Shown: positions 1-9,353, numbered from the stretch's first letter. The stretch: 64,000 nucleotides of DNA from Candidatus Poribacteria bacterium (GCA_965218095.1 OZ244587.1:2240001-2304000), one strand, 5' to 3'. The notes: generated by a model not told the origin, from the sequence alone. Numbers and translations: made by a program.

Positions 1-1
1 C

Positions 2-1039
2 GACATTTCTCAGATTGCCGGTGTGAAGCAGTATCAATTGGCGAGCGGAAATGAAAAGGGAGTTGATGGGGTTGATTTTCGGACGGGTTCCGGGTTAAAT
101 TTTACTGTCTTGCCGGGCCGTGGATTGGACATCTCTTATGCGGAATACAACGGCATCCCGCTGTGCTGGCGGTCGAGCACCGGCGATGTCGCTCCAGCTT
201 ATTATGAGCCAGAGGGAGAGGGATGGCTGCGTGGATTCTTTGGTGGGCTACTGACTACCTGTGGCATGACATACCTCGGATCGCCGGACGAAGATCAGGG
301 TGAGCAGCTTGGACTGCACGGGCGTGTCTCTTACATCCCCGCCCAAAACCTATGGATTGATAACCGCTGGGAAGGCGATCGATACACGATGTGGGCCCAA
401 GGTAAGGTGACGGAGACAACGGTTTTTGGCGAAAACCTCTGTCGAACACGTCGCATCTGGACAGAACTTGGCGCGACGAAGCTCCATATCGAAGATATTG
501 TTGAAAATCTCGGCTATCAGGATACGCCTCACATGTACCTCTTCCATATCAATCCCGGATTCCCAATTGTCGCTGAAGGCTCCGAATTACTTGTCCCATC
601 GACGCAAGTTATCCCGATGGATGAACACTCGGCGGAGAAGTTGAGTGCTCACGCGCGATGTGAACCACCGACCGTCGATTTTCGTGAAGAGGTGTATTAC
701 CACGAGATGGAAGTTGATGAGGACAACCATATCTATGTTGCCCTCGTCAATCGGTCGTTTAACAATGGACAGGGACTTGGCTTGTACGTGAGATACCATA
801 AAACGCAACTACCCAAATTCGTTCAATGGAAGATAAACAGCGAAGGGCTTTATGTCATTGGCTTGGAACCGGCAAACTGTTGGGTTGATGGGCGATCAAA
901 GGAGAGAGAACGAGGGACACTGGAGTTTATCGAACCGGGTGGACGCAGGCATTATGAAGTTGAAATCGGCGTTCTGACTTCTAACGCAGAGATTGAAAGG
1001 CTAGCAGAAAAGATTGCGGCGACGAAGACGAACAACTGA
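2..1039 (+). CDS. Aldose 1-epimerase-like protein (DUF4432), 5'-partial
   Basis: Motifs GRGLDI, GGLLTTCG, GLHGR and GLEPAN. The frame is open to the window edge (DISQIAGVK), so the true start lies upstream. Confidence 0.85.
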   Translation, partial: DISQIAGVKQYQLASGNEKGVDGVDFRTGSGLNFTVLPGRGLDISYAEYNGIPLCWRSSTGDVAPAYYEPEGEGWLRGFFGGLLTTCGMTYLGSPDEDQGEQLGLHGRVSYIPAQNLWIDNRWEGDRYTMWAQGKVTETTVFGENLCRTRRIWTELGATKLHIEDIVENLGYQDTPHMYLFHINPGFPIVAEGSELLVPSTQVIPMDEHSAEKLSAHARCEPPTVDFREEVYYHEMEVDEDNHIYVALVNRSFNNGQGLGLYVRYHKTQLPKFVQWKINSEGLYVIGLEPANCWVDGRSKERERGTLEFIEPGGRRHYEVEIGVLTSNAEIERLAEKIAATKTNN

Positions 1040-1204
1040 CTTAGCGTTAAAACCCGATCCGAATTACGCATCCCACCTTTGCGCCCGAGGCGGTATATGT
1101 AAAAATCTTGCGCAAGCAATCATTTTTAAGGCTATCCGGGTATCCCCATTCAACGTTCTGACCGAGAAATCGTCGAAGTTGTCAAAGGAGGCACAGTTGC
1201 ACGA

Positions 1205-1490
1205 TTATGCATTACGTTCTACGCTTTGCGATTCACACTTTAGTTTTACTAGAAACCACTTCTGAAGTAGGATGTGAGTCCCTTGAAACAGCGTCTTTGC
1301 TAGCACATTGAAACTTGACTTACAATCGTGACAATTCCAACGCCCCACCAGCTTATTTTCTGCCTTACGCGCAACCTTGAGGCTGCCACAATGTGGGCAA
1401 TGCGGTTCATTGCCCCATCGGACTTTTTCAAGGGGTTCTATACAAGATTTATGGCCTGGAAAAAGAAAGCACCTGATGATTTCAGTTATG
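1205..1490 (-). pseudogene. IS1595-family transposase N-terminal remnant (zinc ribbon)
   Basis: RWGNEPHCPHCGS..RWNCHDCKSSFNVLAKTLFQGTHILLQKWF. Truncated, with no DDE domain. Confidence 0.8.
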
Positions 1491-1529
1491 ATTGACCAAT
1501 TGTTATCCCCTACGAAATGAGGAATCCTT

Positions 1530-3737
1530 ATGCCAGATATCCGCAAATCACCAGAATATCAACGGTGGAGACAAGAGGTCAAACAGCGCGATGAAAACGC
1601 CTGTCGTGTATGTGGAGTGCAGCGTAATATCCACGTACATCACATCAAACCTTTCAAAAAATACCCTGAATTTGCCACCGAACTGGACAACGGCATCACA
1701 CTCTGCGGAAACTGCCACACTCTTTTTAGAGGTGAAGAAGAAAGCACCAATCTTCAAACGATTATAGAAGCGGTTACCGGTCAACATGATATGCGAACCG
1801 CTGACCAGTTAAATCGGCTCAACGGTAAATTTTGCGCCTATCTGGAACCCCTGTTAAAATCAGGGGATCGATCCAGAAGGAATAACGCGGTTTATCATCT
1901 GTTTGTCCAACTCCAAATTTATCCCGATTCACTTGACCAATTTCTTCCCCTTATTCAACATCTTCTAGATAGTGAAAACGGGTCCGATGAGGGGCTTGCC
2001 AAACAGATAGCAGTCGAATTTCTTAAAGGCAGCTCAAGCGGGGCGGCGTTACAGATGCTTAGCGAATACGAAAGACGGATTGAAGCCGAAAGACAAAGAC
2101 GGGAAGCGGAACTGGAAGAACTAAAGCAATTGCGACTGCTCGCCGAGCAAGGCGATGCCAATGCACAGAATAACCTTGGCGTGAGATATGCGAATGGCAG
2201 GGGTGTTGAGCAGGACGATGGGGAGGCGGTCAAATGGTATCGCAAAGCCGCCAAACAGGGCGATGCCAATGCACAGAATAACCTTGGCTTGAGATATGCG
2301 AATGGCAGGGGTGTTGAGCAGGACGATGAGGAGGCGGTTAAGTGGTATCGCAAAGCCGTCCAACAGGGCAATGCCTATGCACAGAATAACCTTGGCTGGA
2401 TGTATGAAAAAGGCAGGGGCGTTGTTCAAGACGATGAGGAGGCGGTCAAATGGTATCGCAAAGCCGTCCAACAGGGCAATGCCTATGCACAGAATAACCT
2501 TGGCTGGATGTATGAAAAAGGCAGGGGCGTTGTTCAAGACGATGAGGAGGCGGTCAAGTGGTATCGCAAAGCTGCCCAACAGGGTAATGCCAAAGCACAG
2601 AATAACCTTGGCGTGAGGTATGAAAAAGGCAGGGGTGTTGAGCAGGACTATGAGGAGGCGGTTAAGTGGTATCGCAAAGCCGCCGAACAGGGTAATGCCA
2701 CAGCACAGTATAACCTTGGCTGGATGTATGAACATGGCAGGGGTGTTGTTCAGGACGATGGGGAGGCGGTCAAATGGTATCGAAAAGCCGCCAAACAGGG
2801 CGATGCCACAGCACAGAATAACCTTGGCTGGATGTATGAACATGGCAGGGGTGTTGTTCAAGACGATGGGGAGGCGGTCAAATGGTATCGAAAAGCCGCC
2901 AAACAGGGCGATGCCTATGCACAGAATAACCTTGGCTTGAGATATGCGAATGGCAGGGGTGTTGAGCAGGACGATGAGGAGGCGGTTAAGTGGTATCGCA
3001 AAGCCGTCCAACAGGGCAATGCCTATGCACAGAATAACCTTGGCTGGATGTATGAAAAAGGCAGGGGCGTTGTTCAAGACGATGAGGAGGCGGTCAAATG
3101 GTTTCGCAAAGCCGTCCAACAGGGTAATGCCACAGCACAGAATAACCTTGGCTGGATGTATGAAAAAGGCAGGGGCGTTGTTCAAGACGATGAGGAGGCG
3201 GTCAAGTGGTATCGCAAAGCTGCCCAACAGGGTAATGCCAAAGCACAGAATAACCTTGGCGTGAGGTATGAAAAAGGCAGGGGTGTTGAGCAGGACTATG
3301 AGGAGGCGGTTAAGTGGTATCGCAAAGCCGCCGAACAGGGTAATGCCACAGCACAGTATAACCTTGGCTGGATGTATGAACATGGCAGGGGTGTTGTTCA
3401 GGACGATGGGGAGGCAGTCAAATGGTTTCGCAATGCTACCGAACAAGGCGATGCCAATGCCCAGACCTACCTTGGCTGGATGTATGAACATGGCAGGGGT
3501 GTTGAGCAGGACTATGAGGAGGCGGTCAAATGGTATCGCAAAGCCGCCAAACAGGGCTATGCCCTAGCCCAGGAGAACCTTGGCGAGATGTATGACAATG
3601 GCAGGGGTGTTGATTGGGACGATGAGGCGACGGTCAAATGGTTTCGCGAAGCCGCTGAGCAAGGAAATGCCAAAGCCCAGTTCCTCCTTGGCGAGATGTA
3701 TGACAATGGCAGGGGCGGTGTTCAGGTTGAAGGTTAA
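1530..3737 (+). CDS. HNH endonuclease fused to 14 full plus 1 partial Sel1-like repeats
   Basis: N-terminal RDENACRVCG..HVHHIKP..NGITLCGNCH; 36-aa AQNNLGxxYxxGRGVxQDxxEAVKWYRKA repeats; SD gagga before the ATG. Confidence 0.9.
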   Translation: MPDIRKSPEYQRWRQEVKQRDENACRVCGVQRNIHVHHIKPFKKYPEFATELDNGITLCGNCHTLFRGEEESTNLQTIIEAVTGQHDMRTADQLNRLNGKFCAYLEPLLKSGDRSRRNNAVYHLFVQLQIYPDSLDQFLPLIQHLLDSENGSDEGLAKQIAVEFLKGSSSGAALQMLSEYERRIEAERQRREAELEELKQLRLLAEQGDANAQNNLGVRYANGRGVEQDDGEAVKWYRKAAKQGDANAQNNLGLRYANGRGVEQDDEEAVKWYRKAVQQGNAYAQNNLGWMYEKGRGVVQDDEEAVKWYRKAVQQGNAYAQNNLGWMYEKGRGVVQDDEEAVKWYRKAAQQGNAKAQNNLGVRYEKGRGVEQDYEEAVKWYRKAAEQGNATAQYNLGWMYEHGRGVVQDDGEAVKWYRKAAKQGDATAQNNLGWMYEHGRGVVQDDGEAVKWYRKAAKQGDAYAQNNLGLRYANGRGVEQDDEEAVKWYRKAVQQGNAYAQNNLGWMYEKGRGVVQDDEEAVKWFRKAVQQGNATAQNNLGWMYEKGRGVVQDDEEAVKWYRKAAQQGNAKAQNNLGVRYEKGRGVEQDYEEAVKWYRKAAEQGNATAQYNLGWMYEHGRGVVQDDGEAVKWFRNATEQGDANAQTYLGWMYEHGRGVEQDYEEAVKWYRKAAKQGYALAQENLGEMYDNGRGVDWDDEATVKWFREAAEQGNAKAQFLLGEMYDNGRGGVQVEG
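2141..3715 (+). repeat. 108-bp tandem Sel1-coding repeats with a 648-bp higher-order duplication
   Basis: Units 2-6 recur almost identically as units 8-12. Shadow ORFs 2296/2944 and 2620/3268 are offset by 648 bp. Confidence 0.9.
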
Positions 3738-4238
3738 GACTACCAAATCAGCGGCATCCCTAGAACTCTTGAAGGCGCACAAGACCTGTGGGGCGCGACA
3801 AGTACCACTTCCAAAAATGGGCGGTTGAAGAAGTCGAGGGGTTTGTAACTAGCCGACGAACCGCTGATGGTGGTATTTATGGACGACTTTATTTCTCAAT
3901 TCCTGATGAACGCGATTTGCAAAGCATGATATTGGAGGTCAAGGGCGGAAAGAAAGCCAGCATCAACGCCCTACGTGCTTTGCGGGGGGCCTTGACAGTG
4001 ATGACGCGCTTATGGCGGGTCTGATTGTCATGAACCCGCTCAGTGCTATCCAATCCCGCAACTTTCACGCATTCATGGCACAAGCGGGAGACTTAGAGGT
4101 AAACGGGTGCCTTACCCACGGATGCAAATGCTCTCTGTCTCTGAGATTTTAGAAGGCAAACGCTTTGTCACCCCGTCTGTAAGAGCCCAGCATTCAAGCG
4201 ATCAACAGTTAATCCCATTTAATCACAAAAGTCCCTAA
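3720..4238 (+). pseudogene. C-terminal remnant of a DNA methyltransferase/Mrr-like PD-(D/E)XK endonuclease fusion
   Basis: Pieced across a stop and about 3 frameshifts: VEG*DYQISGIPRTLEGAQDLW/RDKYHFQKWAVE..DGGIYGRLYF..EVKGGK/..YPRMQMLSVSEILEGKRFVTP. Confidence 0.7.
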
Positions 4239-4294
4239 CGACTCATTCTGTTTAGTTTTATACACCATCAACTCTTACGAAGGAGAAAATCATT

Positions 4295-6178
4295 ATGAAA
4301 AAGTACTGTTTTTGGACCACCGTAACCCTAATCTTGCTGACCTGCATCATAGTGTCGAATTGCAGCGGCAAAGAAATGGCAGCGACTCCCGATGTCGCTC
4401 CCGATAGCGTTTTGAATGTCATCCCCCAAGACACCGTTGGGGTGATTTACATCCCGAGCTTACTCGGACTCAATGACGAAATTAACGCACTCCTCGCAGA
4501 AATGATTCCTTCAGACCCACCGCAAGAACTGCCCGCTAAGATGTTGGCAGACACTTTTGGTGCGGGTTTTGAGACGCTGGCGGAATTGGAGGAACTGGGC
4601 TTGGATCTGCAGAAAAACTTCGCGGTGTTTCTCTCCGGTGTGAATCCACCCGTGCCTTCTGCCGCTGTTCACGTTAAAGATGTAGAAAGCGTCAAACAGT
4701 TAATCGAAATGGAATCGGAAGGCAGTAGTTCGGTCACCCATAACGGCGTGACATATTACACCACAGGGGAGGGCGGTGCGTTCGTTCTGATGGATGATGT
4801 GATGGTCTATTCAGGTTCAGTGGAGGTCTGCGAAAAAGCCATTGATACCCAGAAGAAGGAGATGCCATCGATTGTCGCCAATACCGATTTCCAATCGCTC
4901 AGGCTCGATACGACATCTGGCCTAAATGATCTGGTTGCTTACTTTGCAATGGATGCCATTGTGGAAGCCTTCCGCCCCATGCTGACTGAGAAATCGGAAA
5001 CATTAAAGGCAGAAATGGAAGAATTAAAGGCAGAAATGGAAGAAATGGAGGCAAGTGCAGAAATGGACCCACAACTCGATGTCGGTTTAGGGTATGTCGG
5101 GAATCTGGTTGACAGCGGTATATGGCTGCTGGAGCAGTCAAAAACCTTGGGCCTTACCGTTCAACTCAACGGCAGCGACTTACAAATTTCTCCATTCCTC
5201 AAATTTAAGCGGGATAGCGAGATTCAACCGTATATTCGCCAGTCACCAATGGAGCTGACACACCTCAAATACCTGCCGCAAAATGCGTTCCTCAATGGCG
5301 AGATGCAATTTCAGAAGGAGATGTTGGTCGATCTCACACACAAAATGATGCAGTTGTTTATCCCTTCGGATCCGAACGCGGATACAGAGGAGATCGAAAA
5401 AGCATCCGAGGCACTTACTGAAGCGACGACAAATTTCTACGGAGGCTTGGGAGATGAGGCCGCTTTTTCCGTCAATTTCAGCGAGAGCCTGATGCCTGAT
5501 ATATTATACGTCTACGATGTGACGGACGAAAAGCAGGTTAAGGCGTACATGGAGAAAGATTTCATCCTATATTTGGGAACCTCAATGGCACTGATCGAAG
5601 CACTGGGAGTGGGTCAGGCATACGCTGGCATGTACGCAGATGCGTCAGCAGGTTCCCCTGAGATATACAATGGTGTGGAGATTAAAAATTTCATTCTGCC
5701 AAATATCGCCGCCCTTTTTGCTCAACTTCCGCCCGAAATGGAAGGCGTCGCTCCAGAACAGTGGAATATCTACTATGCCATCAACGGCGGCAAACTGCTC
5801 TACGGAATAGCGGGTAATGCCCAGCCGATTAAAGACACCCTAGATCGAATGGCGGGTACGGGGGCAGGCTTTGATCAAGGGGAAGGCTACACCAAACTGA
5901 TCGGTGCGTTGACCGTGAAAAACAACATGTTCTTGGCAATTTCACCTATCACAGCGGTCAAAAGTCTCGTACAGATGTTTGCTCAAGCGGATCCGAACGT
6001 CGGCGTGGTCCAGATGCTTTTGATGGACATTCCCGAAACCTACAGCATCGGTATTGCTAGCCAAAATCGGGATGGCGGCGTTGAAGGGAAGCTATTTATC
6101 TCAATCGGCGACTTCAAGGAAATCATCAATAAGGTCGTCGGTATGCAGGGAATGGAGGGAATGGAGAGAATGCAGTGA
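4295..6178 (+). CDS. Exported or lipoprotein hypothetical protein (DUF3352-like)
   Basis: 627-aa ORF with SD aaggag and a signal peptide containing Cys. The family assignment is tentative. Confidence 0.7.
   Translation: MKKYCFWTTVTLILLTCIIVSNCSGKEMAATPDVAPDSVLNVIPQDTVGVIYIPSLLGLNDEINALLAEMIPSDPPQELPAKMLADTFGAGFETLAELEELGLDLQKNFAVFLSGVNPPVPSAAVHVKDVESVKQLIEMESEGSSSVTHNGVTYYTTGEGGAFVLMDDVMVYSGSVEVCEKAIDTQKKEMPSIVANTDFQSLRLDTTSGLNDLVAYFAMDAIVEAFRPMLTEKSETLKAEMEELKAEMEEMEASAEMDPQLDVGLGYVGNLVDSGIWLLEQSKTLGLTVQLNGSDLQISPFLKFKRDSEIQPYIRQSPMELTHLKYLPQNAFLNGEMQFQKEMLVDLTHKMMQLFIPSDPNADTEEIEKASEALTEATTNFYGGLGDEAAFSVNFSESLMPDILYVYDVTDEKQVKAYMEKDFILYLGTSMALIEALGVGQAYAGMYADASAGSPEIYNGVEIKNFILPNIAALFAQLPPEMEGVAPEQWNIYYAINGGKLLYGIAGNAQPIKDTLDRMAGTGAGFDQGEGYTKLIGALTVKNNMFLAISPITAVKSLVQMFAQADPNVGVVQMLLMDIPETYSIGIASQNRDGGVEGKLFISIGDFKEIINKVVGMQGMEGMERMQ
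5002..5043 (+). repeat. 21-bp in-frame tandem duplication (LKAEMEE x2)
   Basis: attaaaggcagaaatggaaga occurs twice in tandem. Confidence 0.9.
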
Positions 6179-6282
6179 TTCGATTGTGGCTTTATGGTGG
6201 GCGGCGTGCAAGATTTATTTCGCCAGGAAAGGCGAGGTGATAAATGTTGCACGCCTCATTCTGATATGAGATTAAGAAGAAA

Positions 6283-6648
6283 CTAATTTAGCGCCTCTGC
6301 GCTGAAACCAGCTTGCTTAACGGCATCGGTCAATTGGGCGGTGGTGGTTTTACCTTTTTCCAACTTGACGATTGCTTTACCATCTGAGAGAGAAACATCG
6401 GCGCTGATTACGCCGGGGACTTTAGTGAGTGCAGACTGCACATTTGCTTGGCAAGCCCCTCACGTCATTCCAGTAACAGCCAACGCGATCTCTTCGACAT
6501 CCGCTGCTGGCGCTTCAGCAGCAGCGGCAGGCTTTTCGGCCGCTTCTTGCGCTGTCTCGGCGGTCTTTTCCATCTTTTTCTCAGAAGCACAGCCAACAAC
6601 GAGAATTAGCGCCATGCAACAGATTAGCGAGAACTTCAGCATACACAT
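6283..6648 (-). CDS. Selenocysteine-containing heavy-metal-associated (HMA; MerP/CopZ-like) lipoprotein, 121 aa, UxxC
   Basis: Reading through the TGA at 6460-6462 gives LAVTGMT-U-GACQANVQSALTKVPGVISADVSLSDGKAIVKLEKGKTTTAQLTDAVKQAGFSAEALN*, a complete HMA fold. Also has a lipobox (LVVG-C), SD aggagg and a consensus promoter. Confidence 0.88.
6429..6441 (-). promoter_or_regulatory. Candidate bacterial SECIS apical hairpin
   Basis: mRNA GUGCA-GUC-UGCAC starts 18 nt after the UGA and resembles the E. coli fdhF SECIS tip UGCAGGUCUGCA. Confidence 0.6.
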
Positions 6649-6690
6649 CTGGTAGACACCTCCTTTTCAGGAAAAATAAAACTGCCTTCT

Positions 6691-6726
6691 ATTATATGTG
6701 ACAGTACAGGTTTTGTCAAATATAAT
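6691..6726. promoter_or_regulatory. Overlapping divergent sigma70 promoters
   Basis: Minus strand TTGACA(6719-6714)-17-TATAAT(6696-6691); plus strand GTGACA(6698-6703)-17-TATAAT(6721-6726). Confidence 0.75.
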
Positions 6727-6799
6727 CTGTAGCAGTGGTAGATTTGTGGTCGCAAGAAAAGTTGATGGAAGTACCGTAAGGAATCAACACCCCAGCCTA

Positions 6800-9244
6800 A
6801 TGATGAAGCGATTTTACTGGATCTTCGCCTTACTCACTGTATTGAGCGTCACGATCTTCAGTGTGAACTCCCAGAGAAATTCCGAGGAAACAATTCCCGC
6901 CCGAGCTCATCAAAACACCCACCCACTTGCCCGAGATGTTCGCGTGATTCCTCCGTCTGCTACAGAGTCAATACCCACAACGCATAAATCCAGAGACTGG
7001 CAGTCCATTATCAAATCCGTCGGCATTGAGTCGGATTCAGAGAAATGTGTCAACTGTCACTTTGAAGGACAACCCCCAACACAGGCGCATCCGGAAAATC
7101 ATCTGAACCTCCATGAACCGGAGACATTCGGCTGTGTCCTTTGTCACGGCGGCAATCCACGGGCAACCGAGAAGCAGGCTGCGCATTCCACCACAGAAAC
7201 GTTGCCGTTCCTGAGCGGACGCCAAATTGAAGCGAGTTGTGGAAAGTGCCATACTGAGCCTGCGGTGCCGGGCGCCCATTCGCTCTCCGGCGGACGATTT
7301 GTGTTGAACAGATATGGCTGTGTGACCTGTCACAACCTGCCGGTAGAAATTCCCATCGCACGGTATGCGCCTCACCTAGACACAATTGGCAATAAAGTCA
7401 CCAGAGAATGGCTGGGGCAGTGGCTTGAAGACCCGACGGTTTATCTTCCAGAATCGAAGATGCCTGAAATCGAGATGACGGAGCGTGAGCGTGAAGCCAT
7501 CATCGAATTTCTCCTGACCTTGCGGGCTGATACGCTCTTCCGACCAATCCCCGGGGAAGGCAATCCCGAAAAAGGGGAAAAGATCTTCGTAGACTTTGAA
7601 TGCCAATCTTGTCATGTGGTACGCGGGGTGGGTGATAAAATCGGTCCTGCGCTTGATCAGGTCGGGACAAAGGTAAACCGCCTATGGCTCATGAACTATC
7701 TCCGCAAACCGGCAGCGTTTCATCCGAATACAAAGATGCCGGATTACGAGTTCCTGAACCAGGAGATCCTGGATGTCACCGAATATTTGCTGCGTAATTT
7801 TTCCGATGGGGCGACCGTTTTAGAAAGATTTCCGGATGATTCCCCCAATCCCACCCAAGCCCATGAGGGGTTTAAGCTCTACATCAGCAAGGGCTGCGCA
7901 CAGTGTCATGGAATCACGAAATACATGCGGGTGAATATCACCGATCAGTTGAAGCAGTGGGATATTGGCGGAGCCGTCGATCGGGTTCAAACGCATCGAG
8001 GAAAGCGAATCGAGGTCCCAGAAATCGACATGCCAGAATCGGACGCCGCATTGATGGAGATCGCTCTTTTAGCGATGCGACAAAATGACATCTATAAAGA
8101 TCTGGTGTACGATTTGGAAGAGGGAACGCTGGGACATACGGAGGGATTTTTAGAGGCATTCTGGCAGTTTCCTGTACCGCTTCAGGGAGAATTACCGGGC
8201 TATTACAATGAAACGAGCTCAAAACTCACCCCAGACTCGTGTGGAAGTTGCCATACCAAACAGTGGGAAGATTGGAAGACAACCCGCCATGCGGTTGCAA
8301 TGGGACCCGGAGTTTGGGGACAGTTAATCGGGCAGAGTCCGGGGTTCGTTGAAAACTGTTCTCAATGCCACGCGCCATTATCTGAACAACACGAATACTT
8401 GCCAACATCAGATGGCGACTACGCCGAAAATCAGCAGTATGACGCACAACTCCAAGCCCATGGGCTTACCTGTGCCGCCTGTCATGTTCGAGGCCATCAA
8501 CGCTTTGGACCTCCTTTCTCAGAAACCGCTGCTGCGGCAAATGTTTTTAGCGAAGGGCATCATGGGGGCGCAGTCGTGAGTCGAGCGTATGAAGATTCAG
8601 CTTTCTGTAAGCCGTGTCATCAATTTGAGGAAGGTGGGTTTAGTCTAAACGGGAAACTCTTGGAAAACACGTACAACGAATGGCTCGAAAGCCCCCATGC
8701 CAGGGATGGGAAAACATGTCAATCGTGTCATATGCCGGACCGCAGGCATCGGTGGCGAGGCATTCATGATCCGGAAACAGTGCGAAAGGCTCTAAAACTG
8801 AACGTCGAGATGAAGAATCAGCAGGAGAACATCGAAGCTGAAATTCGGCTGACAAACGTGGGGGCGGGGCATTACCTGCCGACCTACGTAACACCAGCGA
8901 TTTTTATCACAGTGCGGATGCTGAATTCCGCTGGAAACCCGGCGCCTGATACGGAGCAGGTGCGCGTAATTCAACGGCGAGTTCCCTTGACGCTGGACCG
9001 GGAAGTCTTTGACACCCGCATCCCCGCCGGAGGAACCTGGGCCTATACTTATCGAGCGTCTCGTCCCAAACAGGTAGACATCCTTGAAATCCGCCTTGAT
9101 GTGCATCCGGATCATTTTTACAATGGATTCTTCAAAGAATATCACGTAAACGATTGGAATGCGCAACAGCACATCGACAAAGCCTTTGAGATTACTGAAA
9201 ACAGCCCGTACCTGCTGTTGACCAAACAGATTGCTTTGGAATAA
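6800..9244 (+). CDS. Multiheme cytochrome c (11 CxxCH motifs)
   Basis: CVNCH, CVLCH, CGKCH, CVTCH, CQSCH, CAQCH, CGSCH, CSQCH, CAACH, CKPCH, CQSCH. Signal peptide from MMKRFYW; c554-like module with a C-terminal NVGAGHYLPT. Confidence 0.92.
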   Translation: MMKRFYWIFALLTVLSVTIFSVNSQRNSEETIPARAHQNTHPLARDVRVIPPSATESIPTTHKSRDWQSIIKSVGIESDSEKCVNCHFEGQPPTQAHPENHLNLHEPETFGCVLCHGGNPRATEKQAAHSTTETLPFLSGRQIEASCGKCHTEPAVPGAHSLSGGRFVLNRYGCVTCHNLPVEIPIARYAPHLDTIGNKVTREWLGQWLEDPTVYLPESKMPEIEMTEREREAIIEFLLTLRADTLFRPIPGEGNPEKGEKIFVDFECQSCHVVRGVGDKIGPALDQVGTKVNRLWLMNYLRKPAAFHPNTKMPDYEFLNQEILDVTEYLLRNFSDGATVLERFPDDSPNPTQAHEGFKLYISKGCAQCHGITKYMRVNITDQLKQWDIGGAVDRVQTHRGKRIEVPEIDMPESDAALMEIALLAMRQNDIYKDLVYDLEEGTLGHTEGFLEAFWQFPVPLQGELPGYYNETSSKLTPDSCGSCHTKQWEDWKTTRHAVAMGPGVWGQLIGQSPGFVENCSQCHAPLSEQHEYLPTSDGDYAENQQYDAQLQAHGLTCAACHVRGHQRFGPPFSETAAAANVFSEGHHGGAVVSRAYEDSAFCKPCHQFEEGGFSLNGKLLENTYNEWLESPHARDGKTCQSCHMPDRRHRWRGIHDPETVRKALKLNVEMKNQQENIEAEIRLTNVGAGHYLPTYVTPAIFITVRMLNSAGNPAPDTEQVRVIQRRVPLTLDREVFDTRIPAGGTWAYTYRASRPKQVDILEIRLDVHPDHFYNGFFKEYHVNDWNAQQHIDKAFEITENSPYLLLTKQIALE

Positions 9245-9353
9245 AGACAGAAAACAAACAAGAAGATCAAGGAGGAGTAAGTGGAAGGAATGAAAAGAGG
9301 GAATTTTACGTTTCACGCCTTACATTTCACGCCTTACAGAGGAGGTAAGCTAG

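Noticed and set aside
2121-3491. 456-aa antisense ORF and the 106-aa alternate-frame ORFs
   Set aside because: They are shadows of the Sel1 repeat periodicity.
2141-3715. Regular repeats as a CRISPR array or DGR template
   Set aside because: These are 108-bp coding units with no unique spacers, no adenine-specific variation, and no cas or RT gene.
6341-6655. 104-aa plus-strand ORF
   Set aside because: It is the antisense shadow of the Sec-HMA gene, which has the SD, promoter and domain match.
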